A DNA stretch of 63,533 bases, counting the filler, from Octopus bimaculoides (Eukaryota), in assembly GCF_001194135.2 (NCBI RefSeq). It is 5 parts of 5 records of this genome, joined end to end, with 100 filler letters (N's around TTAATTAATTAA, not from the genome) between each part and the next. Parts side by side here need not be neighbours in the genome. Positions count along the whole stretch, not along the records: positions 1 to 19,458 come from NC_068985.1; positions 19,559 to 44,481 come from NC_068990.1; 3 more parts are not named here. The stretch is one strand, 5' to 3'. Each line of letters opens with the position of its first letter. The first letter of the stretch is position 1. Positions 13,402 to 24,693 of the stretch are shown here, piece by piece. The position numbers and the translations under genes were made by a program. The notes beneath the pieces are model-generated. The model was given only the letters and a program-made list of their open reading frames with translations. It did no database searches and was not told where the DNA came from.

Positions 13402-13945
13402 GAATAAGAGGGCATTGCATGCCATCAAAGTGACACTGGGGGACAATTATACGAAGCCCAGTATACCCGTCATGACTACCCATTTAATAAGGGTACACCA
13501 AACACATGCATCACAACCATATGTGAGTGACATGCTGAGTTCATTAAGATAAACAGCGCATAGCCTTGCAAGTGGGGACCAGTTAAAATTTTCTTCAGGT
13601 CGAGTAGACCACCCTGCTCAAAAGGTCCCTGAACGAAACAGCCGTGTTTCCAGAGATGAATTATTCAAATCTCAGGGAATTCCTCTCAACACATGGCTAT
13701 GATGCTCACCCACTACTTCTCCTCGTGATCACAGATGCACATATCGTCAGCCACCAAAGGACATACTCAACTGGTTATGGTCAAGCAACTGACAAGCAAA
13801 TCTGTATAACCGAACAGAATATTTTCTCTAGCCTATCTGTTATACCAAGACAAAACATGTACATGATAACACTCCAATCAATTAAGATCAGAAGCCATGA
13901 CATCCAGAATCTAAGATAGCCAGTGCCTGGTACTGCATCAGGGCA
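13402..13945 (-). mobile_element. Family A non-coding retroposon, copy 2
   Basis: Near full-length match to 17100-17654; (AAT)n tail on the minus strand at ~13350-13401. Confidence 0.88.
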
Positions 13946-13972
13946 TTTGTTGTTATTGTTGTTGTTGTTGTT

Positions 13973-14810
13973 ATTTTATGTTTGACTTTTGCTTTGCATT
14001 TGTACAAGTTGGCTTCAAGTCTCACCCAGAGACCTCAAGGGACAAGTTAGGACAGGGGTGGGGAAACTATTTAGTGCGGCGGGCAAAAATTTTGAATGAA
14101 AAAGACCCGCGGGCGGACCAAAAATTCTAACACTTATATCTCTGTAAATCTTGGATATATCCATGTATAATTTGATATGCATTAATAAAGATAAGTTTAA
14201 CACATTAAATTAACGCGTAACATCTTCATTAACACCACCACTGAATTTAGGACGTTTATATAACTTATGGGGTATTCATGTTTTTCAGCTAGAGTGTAGT
14301 TGGGTCTCAAGGGGATGGTACAAACCTAGCAATATGTGTTTTGTTGTGAAAATAAATTTTCCATTCAAATGGCAATTACTGGACGATTTCTGTTCGAGTG
14401 TAACCGTTTTAAGTCGCAGTGGAAACGAGGCCTATGTCGCAAATAGGCATACGAATATTGTATAAATTTTATAATTGAAAAATTTATTATATTTTGTACA
14501 CACGAATATATCGGCCAGCGGGTGCAACAGAATGAGCGGGCGGGAGTTTCCCCACTCCTGAGCTAGAAGTTCAAGTTGGTGTTATGACTAGCGTGACATA
14601 TATTTTGCTTTTGCACAGAGTATTGTTCTAGAAAATCTCTGTCTAAACAAAAGAAAATTAGAAGTTTGTATTAAAAATAACTATATTATTATTGTTATTA
14701 TTCGATTCAAGCATGTTACATGGTTCCACGCGAACCAATCTTGCGACATTGTCATGTTTTCTCTTAAATTCTCTCTGTGCCAATTTGCTGCATTCCCTTA
14801 AATAAGTTTT
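13973..14810 (-). mobile_element. Deleted R4/Dong-type retrotransposon remnant (family B 3' end plus coding fragment), interrupted by a hAT MITE
   Basis: 13973-14052 and 14561-~14640 match 19268-19400. 14700-14800 encodes RECSKLAQREFKRKHDNVARLV, resembling the C..LA...Y..RHD.VA motif of RLE elements. Confidence 0.65.
14053..14560. mobile_element. hAT (Charlie-like) MITE, 508 bp
   Basis: TIRs CAGGGGTGGGGAAACT and (reverse complement) CAGGAGTGGGGAAACT. 8-bp flanks AGTTAGGA / AGCTAGAA each differ by one base from the uninterrupted site AGTTAGAA at 19342-19349. Confidence 0.88.
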
Positions 14811-15232
14811 TGTTGCTTTTGTTGTTATTAATGCCATCACTGTCGTCATGGTCGTAATCAATCTTCATTATTATCAATAATATTAATACGCCAATTAGTT
14901 TTTTGTACGTAACTGATGCGTGTGTCACGCTTAAGAGAAAGAAATTGTTGAAAGAAATTTTGTTGCTTACATAAAATTTTTTAACTAGATGTCTTGTAAT
15001 TTCTGGAAGAGATTTGAAATTACCACCTACTTGTCAACACCCATGCCTACGAGGACACCGAAACAGCAACAAGCTTAATGAGAAAATTAAGATACTTAAA
15101 TTTAATGCGTGTGTCGAGCAAGGGAGAGAGGAAGTGAGAGAGGAAGAGAGAGAGTGAGAGGGGTGATTGATAGGTATTTGAATTCCTTTCTACGACTGAA
15201 CTGAAATTGACTCCTGGCTATTAAAGGCCCAG

Positions 15233-15282
<50 letters not shown>

Positions 15283-15766
15283 TTGTTTTAGGTCTTCTAC
15301 CCATTTGAATTCGGTCATACACCAGATAACATGTTAAGTCTTATGTTCCGAAATTTAAATTTTTAATTTGTGTTAATTATAGAATTACACTTCAGCTAAA
15401 AAAAACATCTTTTGGCTTTCGAATACAACTTTTTCTTTCTCTTTCTATATCTTTTGTTAAGTTAGAATTTCTCTGTTTTGGTTAGGATTTTTGAAATTAC
15501 ATTTTTCTTGCATCAAGCAATTGACGAAAACATAAAAAAAAATTAAATTCATAGAGCCGAACAAAATCAAAAATATCAATTCTATTTTTTCCCTTTACTT
15601 TACTTTCATACAATATAATTACCGTACCCTATATACTGTGTCCTTGCATATTGGATGAGAATCTCAGAAATATTTTCACCTTTTAAACAAAAACTGTCTA
15701 ATACATTCGTATATGTTTTTCAATTGAAACACTCAGAATCATTTTGGAGATTTATTGTTTTAATAA

Positions 15767-16075
15767 CAAGTCTTAAAATATGGAGAGCGTCAGCGTAGAA
15801 GGAGAGAACGGTTGTGCGAGGAACAGAGGGAGGAAATAAGGAATCAATATCGCGCGAGGATAAGACAGAGAAGAAACGAAATAAGCCAAGAGGAGAGGGA
15901 GCGTATCCTACGGCATAGGAGGGAAAGAAATCAGCAAAGGACAAAACAAATGAGCCAGGACCAAAGCGAAGTGTGTTTTCAAAATAAGAGAGTTAGAGAT
16001 CAACAGAATCGAGAACGCATGAGTCAAGAGCAAGTGCAGCTGTACTTAGAAAGTATGAGAAACAGAGCTGGGTTT
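15767..16075 (+). pseudogene. Open frame with 23-residue charged helical repeats (STPR-like; Helitron-associated or host exon)
   Basis: EEQREEIRNQYRARIRQRRNEIS / QEERERILRHRRERNQQRTKQMS / QDQSEVCFQNKRVRDQQNRERMS are each exactly 23 aa, with partial repeats on both sides. Confidence 0.55.
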
Positions 16076-16157
16076 CTCACGGCATACCAGCAAACCACAA
16101 AATCGCACCAGCTAGCATCACCACCACCTCCAATCTCGTCATATATATATGTGTGTG

Positions 16158-16199
<42 letters not shown>

Positions 16200-16259
16200 C
16201 GTGTGTGTGTATGTGTGTATTTATGTGCATTTGTGTCTGTTTGTCCCCCACCACCATTG

Positions 16260-16395
16260 ATATGAGATCACCATGTCACCCACATATGGTTGTGATGCAT
16301 GTACCTGGTGTACCCTTATCAGACGGATAGTAATGATGGGTATACTGGGCTTCGTATATTTTACCCCAGTGCCACTTTGATGGCATACACTGCTC

Positions 16396-16443
<48 letters not shown>
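16260..16443 (+). mobile_element. 5'-truncated family A copy with (AAT)n tail, inserted into a SINE family 1 tail
   Basis: 16260-16395 equals the 3' ~136 bp of family A, followed by (AAT)16. Host SINE sequence CCACCACCATTG resumes as GCTTGATAACC after the tail. Confidence 0.85.
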
Positions 16444-16444
<1 letters not shown>

Positions 16445-16767
16445 CTTGATAACCGATCTTAGTGTGTTTGCGTCCCTGTAGCTTAGCTGTTCAGCACAAG
16501 AAAGTGATAGAATAAGCACCAGGCTTACAGTGAATAAGTCCAGGGGTCAATTTCTTCGACTAAAGGGTGGTGCTCCAGTATGGCCACCGTCAAATGACTG
16601 AAACAAGTAAAAGAATTAAAAAATACGTGAAAAACGTTCCGTACCACTAAACCAAGAAGGTGCTCTGAATTTAAGGCTAAATAGTAATTTTGCTTATGTT
16701 ACCGTAACTGAGATATATAGTTATCGGTTTTACACTTCTTTCTATATTCTGTAACTGTTGCAATATA

Positions 16768-16981
16768 CTTTTCTACTATAGGCACAAGTCTTGAAATTTT
16801 GTGGGGGAGGGAGCCAGTCAACTAGATCGACCCCAGTACGCAGCTGGTACTTAATTTATCGACACTGAAAGGATGAACGGCAAAGTCGACCTCGGCAGAA
16901 TTTGAACTCAGAACGTAGACAGACGAAATACCGCTAAGCATTTCGCCCAGCGTGCTAACGATTCTGCCAGCAGGCTGCCTT
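16768..16981 (-). mobile_element. SINE family 2 copy with degenerate 16-bp TSD
   Basis: Full family 2 body; flanks TAACTGTTGCAATATA (16752-16767) and TAACTGTCACAATATA (16982-16997). Confidence 0.88.
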
Positions 16982-17099
16982 TAACTGTCACAATATAAAA
17001 ACATTTCTAATGGCACCAGCACACAATTTACAGATGCTTACATTTTTTATATTTTCCATGAATTTTTCACAGCTCCAGCAAGTTACTATTATTATTATT

Positions 17100-17653
17100 G
17101 AGTGAGAGAGCAGCGCATGCCATCAAAGTGACACTGATGTACAATTATACGAAGCCCAATATGCCCATCATTACTACCCGTCTGATAAAGGTACACCAGG
17201 CACATGCATCACGACCACATGTGCGCAACATGGTGATCTTATATCAAGATAAATAGCGCACGACCTTGCAGGTGGGGCCCAGTTAGAATTTTTTCAGGTT
17301 GAATAGCCCATCCTGCTCAAAAGGTCCTTGAATAAGGTTTGTTTAAGGATGATGAACAAAACACCCGTGTTTCCAAAGGTGAATTATTCAAACCCCAAAG
17401 AATTCTTCTCAACACATGGCTATGATGCTCCCCCACTACTTCTGCACGTGATTAGAGATGCACATAACATCATCCATTAAGGGACATGCTCAACTGGTTA
17501 CAGTCAAGCAACTGACAAGCAAATCTGTGGTATTGAGTAGAATGTTTTCTGTAGCCCATCTTCTATACCAAGACAAAACAATGTACATGATAACACTTCC
17601 AATCAGTTAAGATCAGAAGCCATGAGAGCCACTGCCTAGTATTGCATCAGGGC

Positions 17654-17654
<1 letters not shown>
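17100..17654 (-). mobile_element. Family A non-coding retroposon, copy 3 (555 bp, apparently complete)
   Basis: Same ends as copies 1 and 2; sits between two ATT tracts. Confidence 0.9.
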
Positions 17655-17735
<81 letters not shown>

Positions 17736-17738
<3 letters not shown>

Positions 17739-19210
17739 TACTTTCAACCTGCAAGTTTGATACAATCACTTGCCGAGATACACCTAGCGTCCTAGGGCGA
17801 ATGAAGGAAAAGAGATGTTACAGTATGACTGAAAGCTTGGGGAAGGGAAGTGGCAGAGGCAGTAGCGAAATATCTTCATGTAATACAACACTGACATTTA
17901 AACTCATCGGGTTTTACTAAGGATGTGGGTAGTATTTGTCAGCACAATCTTTTGAATTTCTCTGAGACATGGTTCTCCTGGGATATTATCTAGATGCTTT
18001 TGACACCCGTTTCTTATCATACCTAAGGCACCCACAATAACAGGAACAGTTCTCGCTTTAAGATGCCACTTCTCTTGTATTTCAATTTCCAGGTCCTTAT
18101 ATTTACTTAATTTGTCAATTTCCTTTACAGATATATTTTTATCTATTAGTCCACAGATATCTTCTTCCCAGTCTTTAATGACTCTGTCTGGTCAATTTTC
18201 CTGGATCGTTCTGTTGGTGTTGACTGGAAAATCCCAGAGGATAGTGACATTTTTACCTTCAACGACTGGCTCAGGATGATATTCATACCAGTAAGCAGTA
18301 GTGTTTACATATTTTCCAGTGTAAATACTGTCCGACACTATCGTGGTGATATTTGTATTCGTTTGCAGAACCTGCATTTAGAGTCATAACCGTTTTGAAG
18401 AACGCTAGCCTGGTAGTTTTTGGTAAGAGGGCTTTGGTCTTGTGCCGCCAATAGGAAACTTTCAGCCTCTGATTTCAGTCCTGACCTTCTCATCCACTTA
18501 TGGATTGTTACTTGGTCTAGCTCAGCATTTCGGGTTTGAAGTATATACTGTCTATGTAAAGGCTTCTGGCTCCATCGCTCCTCAATTTGTTTCTGCCCAT
18601 TCTTTTTGCAGTTTGTTTTATCTGTTTCGCTTGTTTGGAGGCAATGGTTTCAGATTTTTCACCTAATTCAGGGTTAATGCCAAGTTCCCTTGCGAATTTG
18701 CAAGCTTTCTTGACAATAGAATGTGATTTTCTGCTGCTTTCGTGTTTGCACATAGGCCGCAGCATCCAGTCCTCTGTACTAGATTAATAAATGTTCATTG
18801 ATATTGTGGGGGTCATAGCACAGTTCTACCTGCATCATTCCTCTACCCCCATTAGTTCTAAGTAGGTACAGACAATCAACGTCTATTTTGGGGCGGTGCA
18901 TGTTCTTAGATGTTAGTAGTTTTCTTGTCTTCCTGTTCAGGCGTTGGAGTTCTGTAAGATTCCAGTTAATGATGTTAAAACTGTATTGGACTACTGGAAG
19001 AGCCAGGGTGTTAATGGCTTCTATGCAACTTTTGGAGTTGAGTTCAGTTTGTAGTATGAGTTTTACTCTCCTGTAATACACGTTTCAGTTCAGTTTTTAG
19101 TATGAATTTTACTTTCCTGTATGATCCTTTCAGTTCATGAGTCTTACTCTCCTGTAATACCACTTTCGGTTCAGTTTGTAGTATGAGAGTTACTCTCCTG
19201 TAATACTCCT

Positions 19211-19212
<2 letters not shown>
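17736..19212 (-). mobile_element. 5'-truncated R4/Dong-clade non-LTR retrotransposon (RT C-terminus, RLE endonuclease, 3' UTR, (AAT)n tail)
   Basis: YYRRVKLILQTELN...AINTLALPVVQYSF...RKTRKLLT...LYLLRTNGGRGM; ILWDFPVNTNRTIQEN*PDRVIKD...KLSKYKDLEIEI...VPVIVGALG; ends EIQKIVLTNTTHILSKTR*. The R of the RPD motif is a stop (likely CGA>TGA). Confidence 0.9.
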
Positions 19213-19267
<55 letters not shown>

Positions 19268-19269
<2 letters not shown>

Positions 19270-19458
19270 TTATGTTTGACTTTTGTTTTGCATTTGTACA
19301 AGTTGGATCCAAGTCTCACCCAGAGACCTCAAGAGACAACAAGTTAGAAGTTCATGTAGGTGTTATGCCTAGGGTACCATATATTTGGATTTGTACAGTT
19401 TTGTTCAAGTGAATGTTTAAGAAACCATAAGAGAATTATGTGTTTGCTTTAAAATTTG
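19268..19458 (-). mobile_element. Family B 3' end (probable second R4/Dong subfamily), cut by an assembly spacer
   Basis: Matches 13973-14640; followed on the minus strand by (AAT)n at 19213-19267. Confidence 0.65.
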
Positions 19459-19558
19459 NNNNNNNNNNNNNNNNNNNNNNNNNNNNNNNNNNNNNNNNNN
19501 NNTTAATTAATTAANNNNNNNNNNNNNNNNNNNNNNNNNNNNNNNNNNNNNNNNNNNN
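19459..19558. other. Artificial scaffolding spacer (44 N + TTAATTAATTAA + 44 N); identical spacers at 44482-44581, 56634-56733 and 62414-62513
   Basis: Four identical 100-bp blocks; the 12-mer has stop codons in all six frames. Confidence 0.97.
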
Positions 19559-20363
19559 CTGCCGTCGCCATTTTCTTCGTATACAAATTACTGTACACGC
19601 TCACAACAAATACAACAATAATAGCTATAACAACAACATCAGCAAGTTCCATCGACAAAATATTAATGTCTTTGAAGTACTTATTGATTGTTGCAGTAGA
19701 ACTATAAATCTCGACAATATTCCAATTAGATAATAAACATAAAACTATATTAAACATTAAGTGGCTTCTTTAGTGATACAGATCCATTAATTGAATGGAG
19801 TAAGTAAAAAATATATTAAAGTACAGCATAAACGACGAATACATTCTCAGAACACATGCACATAATTGTAAATTCAAATTTTCATGCACGTACATATACA
19901 TACATGTATGAACACATACTCATAATACACAGAATCATTTGTAAATTCAAATATTCATACAGGACATATATATATATATATATACACGCACACACGCATA
20001 TGAATAAATGAATACATATCGTATCTGTGTTTCTTCAAAGCACAAACACGCATAGAGATAGACATGTCCATACATTCAAGCAGTCAAACGCATGTTTCCA
20101 TGCATTTCTACTCACATATTTTCAGAATAAGGTCCTCTAAAGACAAACGTTATCACAGCAACAGGCATACATATTTGGATGCGTCAAGGCACATACACGC
20201 ACAGGCACTAATACATAGTTACACTCACATATAGACCTTTGCACACACACATATATGTGTGTATGTATGTATATAAATTATATATTATACTTAACGTACA
20301 TGATACGTACACTTTTATATATGTGCATGTGTATATAAGTGTGTATATGTATGTGTATCAATC

Positions 20364-20455
<92 letters not shown>

Positions 20456-20750
20456 ATGCACCTATACAAATGTGTGTGTGTGTGCGCGCGTGTGTGTGTG
20501 TGTGTTTGTATAACCATGTTTGTATATGTGTCTGCATATACGTATACATTAATGGAGAGAGTAGGGAGAGGGAATTAAAAAAGATAACGACAGATGTGTA
20601 TATAGAATTCTACACAATGTGATTGTCTCTCTCCCTCTTTGTGTATTTATTTATACTAGCTAGGCTCGTGAAAGCCCCACGGAAAACATATAAAATGTAA
20701 GCCTCTGTAAATAGTGTACTGGTGCCACGGGACATGTTTGTATATTATGA

Positions 20751-20895
20751 CCGTCTGTCTTTACATTCTGAGTTCAAATTCTGCCGAGATCGACTTCGCC
20801 TTTCGTCCTTTCGGGGTCGATAAATTAAGTATCAGTTGTGCACTGGGGTCGATCTAATCAACTGGCCCCCTCCCCACAAAAAAATCAGGCCTAGA
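20751..20895 (+). mobile_element. SINE family 2, 5'-truncated
   Basis: CTGAGTTCAAATTCTGCCGAGATCGACTTCGCCTTTCGTCCTTTCGGGGTCGATAAATTAAGT. Confidence 0.85.
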
Positions 20896-22140
20896 AAAGT
20901 ATATTGTGACAGTTGTAGGATATAGAAAGTAATGTAACATGAATGACTATATAATCCATCCAAAATATCTCAGTTACACAAACGTAAACTGCATTACTAT
21001 TTAACCTTAAAATACATCGAACATATTCAAAGAACCTTAATGTACAAATTGAAAGGCAAAAGAACGAAATAATAAATGGATTTATGAATGAAAGTTTGGT
21101 AATTGCGTTCATTTCCACCATGTGACACTAATTATTGCAAACATGTTTTAAATAATCTGCACTATATACACCCACAAATACATATGTCTCGAGTTGTAGC
21201 TGTAATTCAAAGGGGCCAGCCTTGTCATATTCTGTGTGAGGCTGAATCTCCTTGAGAACTACGTTAATGTTATGGATGCCTGTGAAGTACTCAGATATTT
21301 GTAAGTTAATTTTATCCTCGTGTGGTAATGAAAAGTGAAATTGACATCCAGTAGTTGCTGTGTGTATGTATCTATGTATGAGCTTTTCTTTGGATTTATG
21401 TATCTACTGTCTCTCTCACTAACTTTTTCTTTCACTTCCTTTATGTCCCTCTCTCTCCCGCTTTTGATTTAACAACGTGTATATGTATCTATGTATCTTC
21501 TTCTCTTGCGATGTGATAAACCGTTTGAAAACACAAAACGAACGCCGTCCCCACTCACTGTCTCTTTCACTCTCTCTTTCTCTCTCTTTCTCTCTCACTT
21601 TTTCTCTCTCTCACACTTTCTTTCTTTCTCTCTTACGTCCTCTCTGAAAAATTTTAAAACACAAAACGAACGCTGTCACCGCTCACTGTCTCTTTCACTC
21701 TCTCTCTCTCACACTCTCTCTCTCACTTCCTCTCTGTCCTCCTCTCTCTCGCTGTACCACTTCTTTGAAGTAAGTGTGACGCACACGACAAGTACGTACA
21801 AAAACAAAATGTTACTGTATGAATATTATTAATGGTTGCACATTATGTAATGCGTAAATAGCTAAGTAAACAGATATATAGTGTGTATATGTCTGTAAAT
21901 CTATAAATCTTGATTAAAATTTTGAACATAGTTATTTCTAACACAAAAGAATAGACTGTTAGACGAATGAAACATTCAGCTCCGGATCCATAGCTTAAGT
22001 GTGAATTTGTATCCAAATATTTGGAAAGTAAAAGAAAAAAAAATCGAAGGCCGCACGTGGAACTCGCGTCGCCACCTCCCGGTCTCCTATAAAACTGACA
22101 GATCTTCTACCATGAGGTATAATTAATCAATTGGATACCT

Positions 22141-22380
22141 TTATCCAATATAGAATCTATAAATAACACAGGGGAACAATTTTGAACATAGTTTCTGTTG
22201 AATTTGATTTTCACTTTGCTCGTCACTTATTGGACTATGATTTTCAGGGAAGTAGTCCAGATGACTGTACAGGAAATGCACTTTTACACTCATGTTGCAG
22301 CCCAGTGCTCGAAAACTGGTTGACAGGGTCTGCACAAGTTCATAATTTGATGGCTTCCTATTTCCCAGGAAATCAGACAT
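22141..22380 (-). mobile_element. CMC-superfamily (Chapaev3-like) transposase fragment
   Basis: FLGNRKPSNYELVQTLSTSFRALGCNMSVKVHFLYSHLDYFPEN...SDEQ matches the remembered K.HFL.SHLD.FP.N...SDE.GE motif. Confidence 0.6.
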
Positions 22381-22444
22381 ACCTGCAACAAAAGCATTAA
22401 CAGAACGAGAAGTTGCTTTGTTTTGCTAAGTTGTTTTTTATCTT

Positions 22445-22765
22445 TTACTCAATTCAGTCATTAGACAGCGGTCATGCTGGAGCACCAGCTTTAAGAATTT
22501 TTACTCGAATGAATCATCACCAGTATTTATTTAAGCCTGGTAATTATTTTATCTGTCTTTTGCCTAACCACTAAGATATAGAGACGTAACACCAACACCA
22601 GTTGTCAAGCGGTGGTGGGGAAAAAACACAGACACAAAAGCACACCAACACATATATAAAGGACTTCTTTCAGCTTCCAGCTGGAAACTGTATTAGAAGA
22701 CATTTGCTAAATGTGCCACACTGTGGGACTGAACCCAGAATCATATGGTTGGGAAGTAAGCTTCT
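22445..22765 (-). mobile_element. SINE family 1, degenerate copy
   Basis: Reverse-complement matches to both the head (GTGGGACTGAACCC) and the tail (CAGTCATT...GCTGGAGCACC). Confidence 0.7.
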
Positions 22766-23850
22766 TACCAATCATTTAAACGAAGTTTGAACTTGTGACC
22801 GCGAGTGTTACGATGCATAGTCAACTAACATTCAATCAGACTTGAAGTCTGTTATCAAGGACAGAAATATCTTTGAGAAATATGGAATATTCTCAGATGC
22901 ATCAACAAATCTCATGGAAAAACGGAAAATAAGAATGCAGAAAGTGTGCTGTTACTGACAATTCACATAACAAAGATAAATATTTTGTATAACTTTTTCC
23001 TTTCATAAATCCCAAGTAATTCTGTTGGCTGAAAAAAATAAATTGCAAATGTATATTGAATATGACTGAATATGATGCGTAGATGCCAGGGGAATATGTG
23101 CTGTGTGTCACATGTGATATACTGGACAGGCAAAGGGTTAAATCACAGACAAACCATTCCAGTCTTTTATTAATGATATAGATCAAACTCAGTACCCAAG
23201 TTTTCGTTAAAACTCTATATATCATTGAAGTCATTATCAGCAAGATATTAAAGTAAATCAACAAAAACAAGGCAAATAGCGATACGTCATTTTGAGTAAG
23301 ACATATTATTATTGGCTTTACGAGTGCGTTTCTTTCTGTCTTAGTCGTGTAAAATCTGCATTACGAATCATATGTTCTCATCAAATCCTAAGCTTTGCAA
23401 ATCCCACAGACAGTCTTTTAGGTGAAAACCACTTTCTAGCATCGTTAGTGCATTTCAAGTAACAAACACAAGGCGCCAATATTTCGTCTTAATCACCTAT
23501 GGCACAACTGACATAAGCGTAATAAAGCTTCTTAATGCGTCCTGTAATCTCCCATCGATATTTTAATAAAGTTATTTTACCACAAATATCACAGAGTCTA
23601 TCAGTATGAGTCGTGTGCGTGCAATGTGTCATATTCCAGTATCTACACAAGTTAGACAATTGTAATAGTAACCTCCTCTTATTTGCAAACAAAGAACTTT
23701 TAATACGAATTAGACAACCAGGGGAAAGAATATTTAAATCTCCCCCCTTTTTTTAATTACAATTTGTCAATAATAGTTTTATTAGTGAATCTGATAATGT
23801 AATATACCATTTTGTTCCAAGTGTTCTCAGCTGTAAACTTATAATATTAA

Positions 23851-24015
23851 TGATTCAAAATTTTGGCACAAGGCCAGCAAATTTGCGGGAGGGGGGAAGT
23901 TGATTACATCAAGGTCAGTGCTCAACAGGCACTTATTTTATCAGCCCCGAAATCAATAACGGGAAAGTCAACTTCGTCGGGGTCTGAACTCAGAGCATAA
24001 AGACGGGTGAAATGG
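23851..24015 (-). mobile_element. SINE family 2, degenerate copy
   Basis: Reverse complement of the core (CACTTATTTTATCAGCCCCGAA...TGAACTCAG). Confidence 0.65.
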
Positions 24016-24693
24016 TGTTAATAAAACTGGGAAAAACAATGTTAGGCAGGGAACTGTGTTGGAAGTGACTGGATTTTTTAAAATATATGGTCACGTATGA
24101 ACGATCAATTATTCAATCCGTGGGTGACAGTTATTAAAGAGGCAGTATGACCACGTTGTTAACTATATTATGTTGAATTGAAGGACTTGGCCCCTTCATT
24201 TTGTTAAGGAACTCTTTCCAGTCTTACACAGCTATCACTATTTATAGGGCATCCTATCCTTTGGGTACCATTAATAACTAAACATTTATTCGGTCACAGG
24301 CTAGAAACAATAGACAATTTGATTTATTGACCGACGCCCTACTCACTCGGCCATAAACAGTTTCCAATATTTGTAAGTGATATTTATTTTTTGACAAAAG
24401 TAATCAATATTACAATCAATAAACACGCTGATCTTCAGAAATATTATTCTGTTCCTATGAACAACATCCCCATGCCTCTTCTGGATATATTTTAGTAGTC
24501 TGATTCAGACACTGTGTATTACTGGTATTCTTATGTAAATTTGTAATCCTGGAAATCCATTTGTGGATCTGTGAGAACAATGGAATAAAGATATATTTAA
24601 AATTAATGCTTTTGTATTTACGCTGTATTTTATTTAATCACTTTGAACGTCTGTTTAAAGCTGGTAAACCATGATAAACTAAGGAAAATACAT

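Noticed and set aside
19503-19514. TTAATTAATTAA islands inside N runs (also 44526, 56678, 62458) as a biological motif
   Set aside because: Identical 44N-12-44N format four times indicates an artificial scaffolding linker.
21528-21720. 128-bp-offset duplication next to CT repeats (also a 38-bp tandem at 11751-11825 and a 21-bp repeat at ~25976/26022)
   Set aside because: Ordinary local slippage duplications with no further structure.
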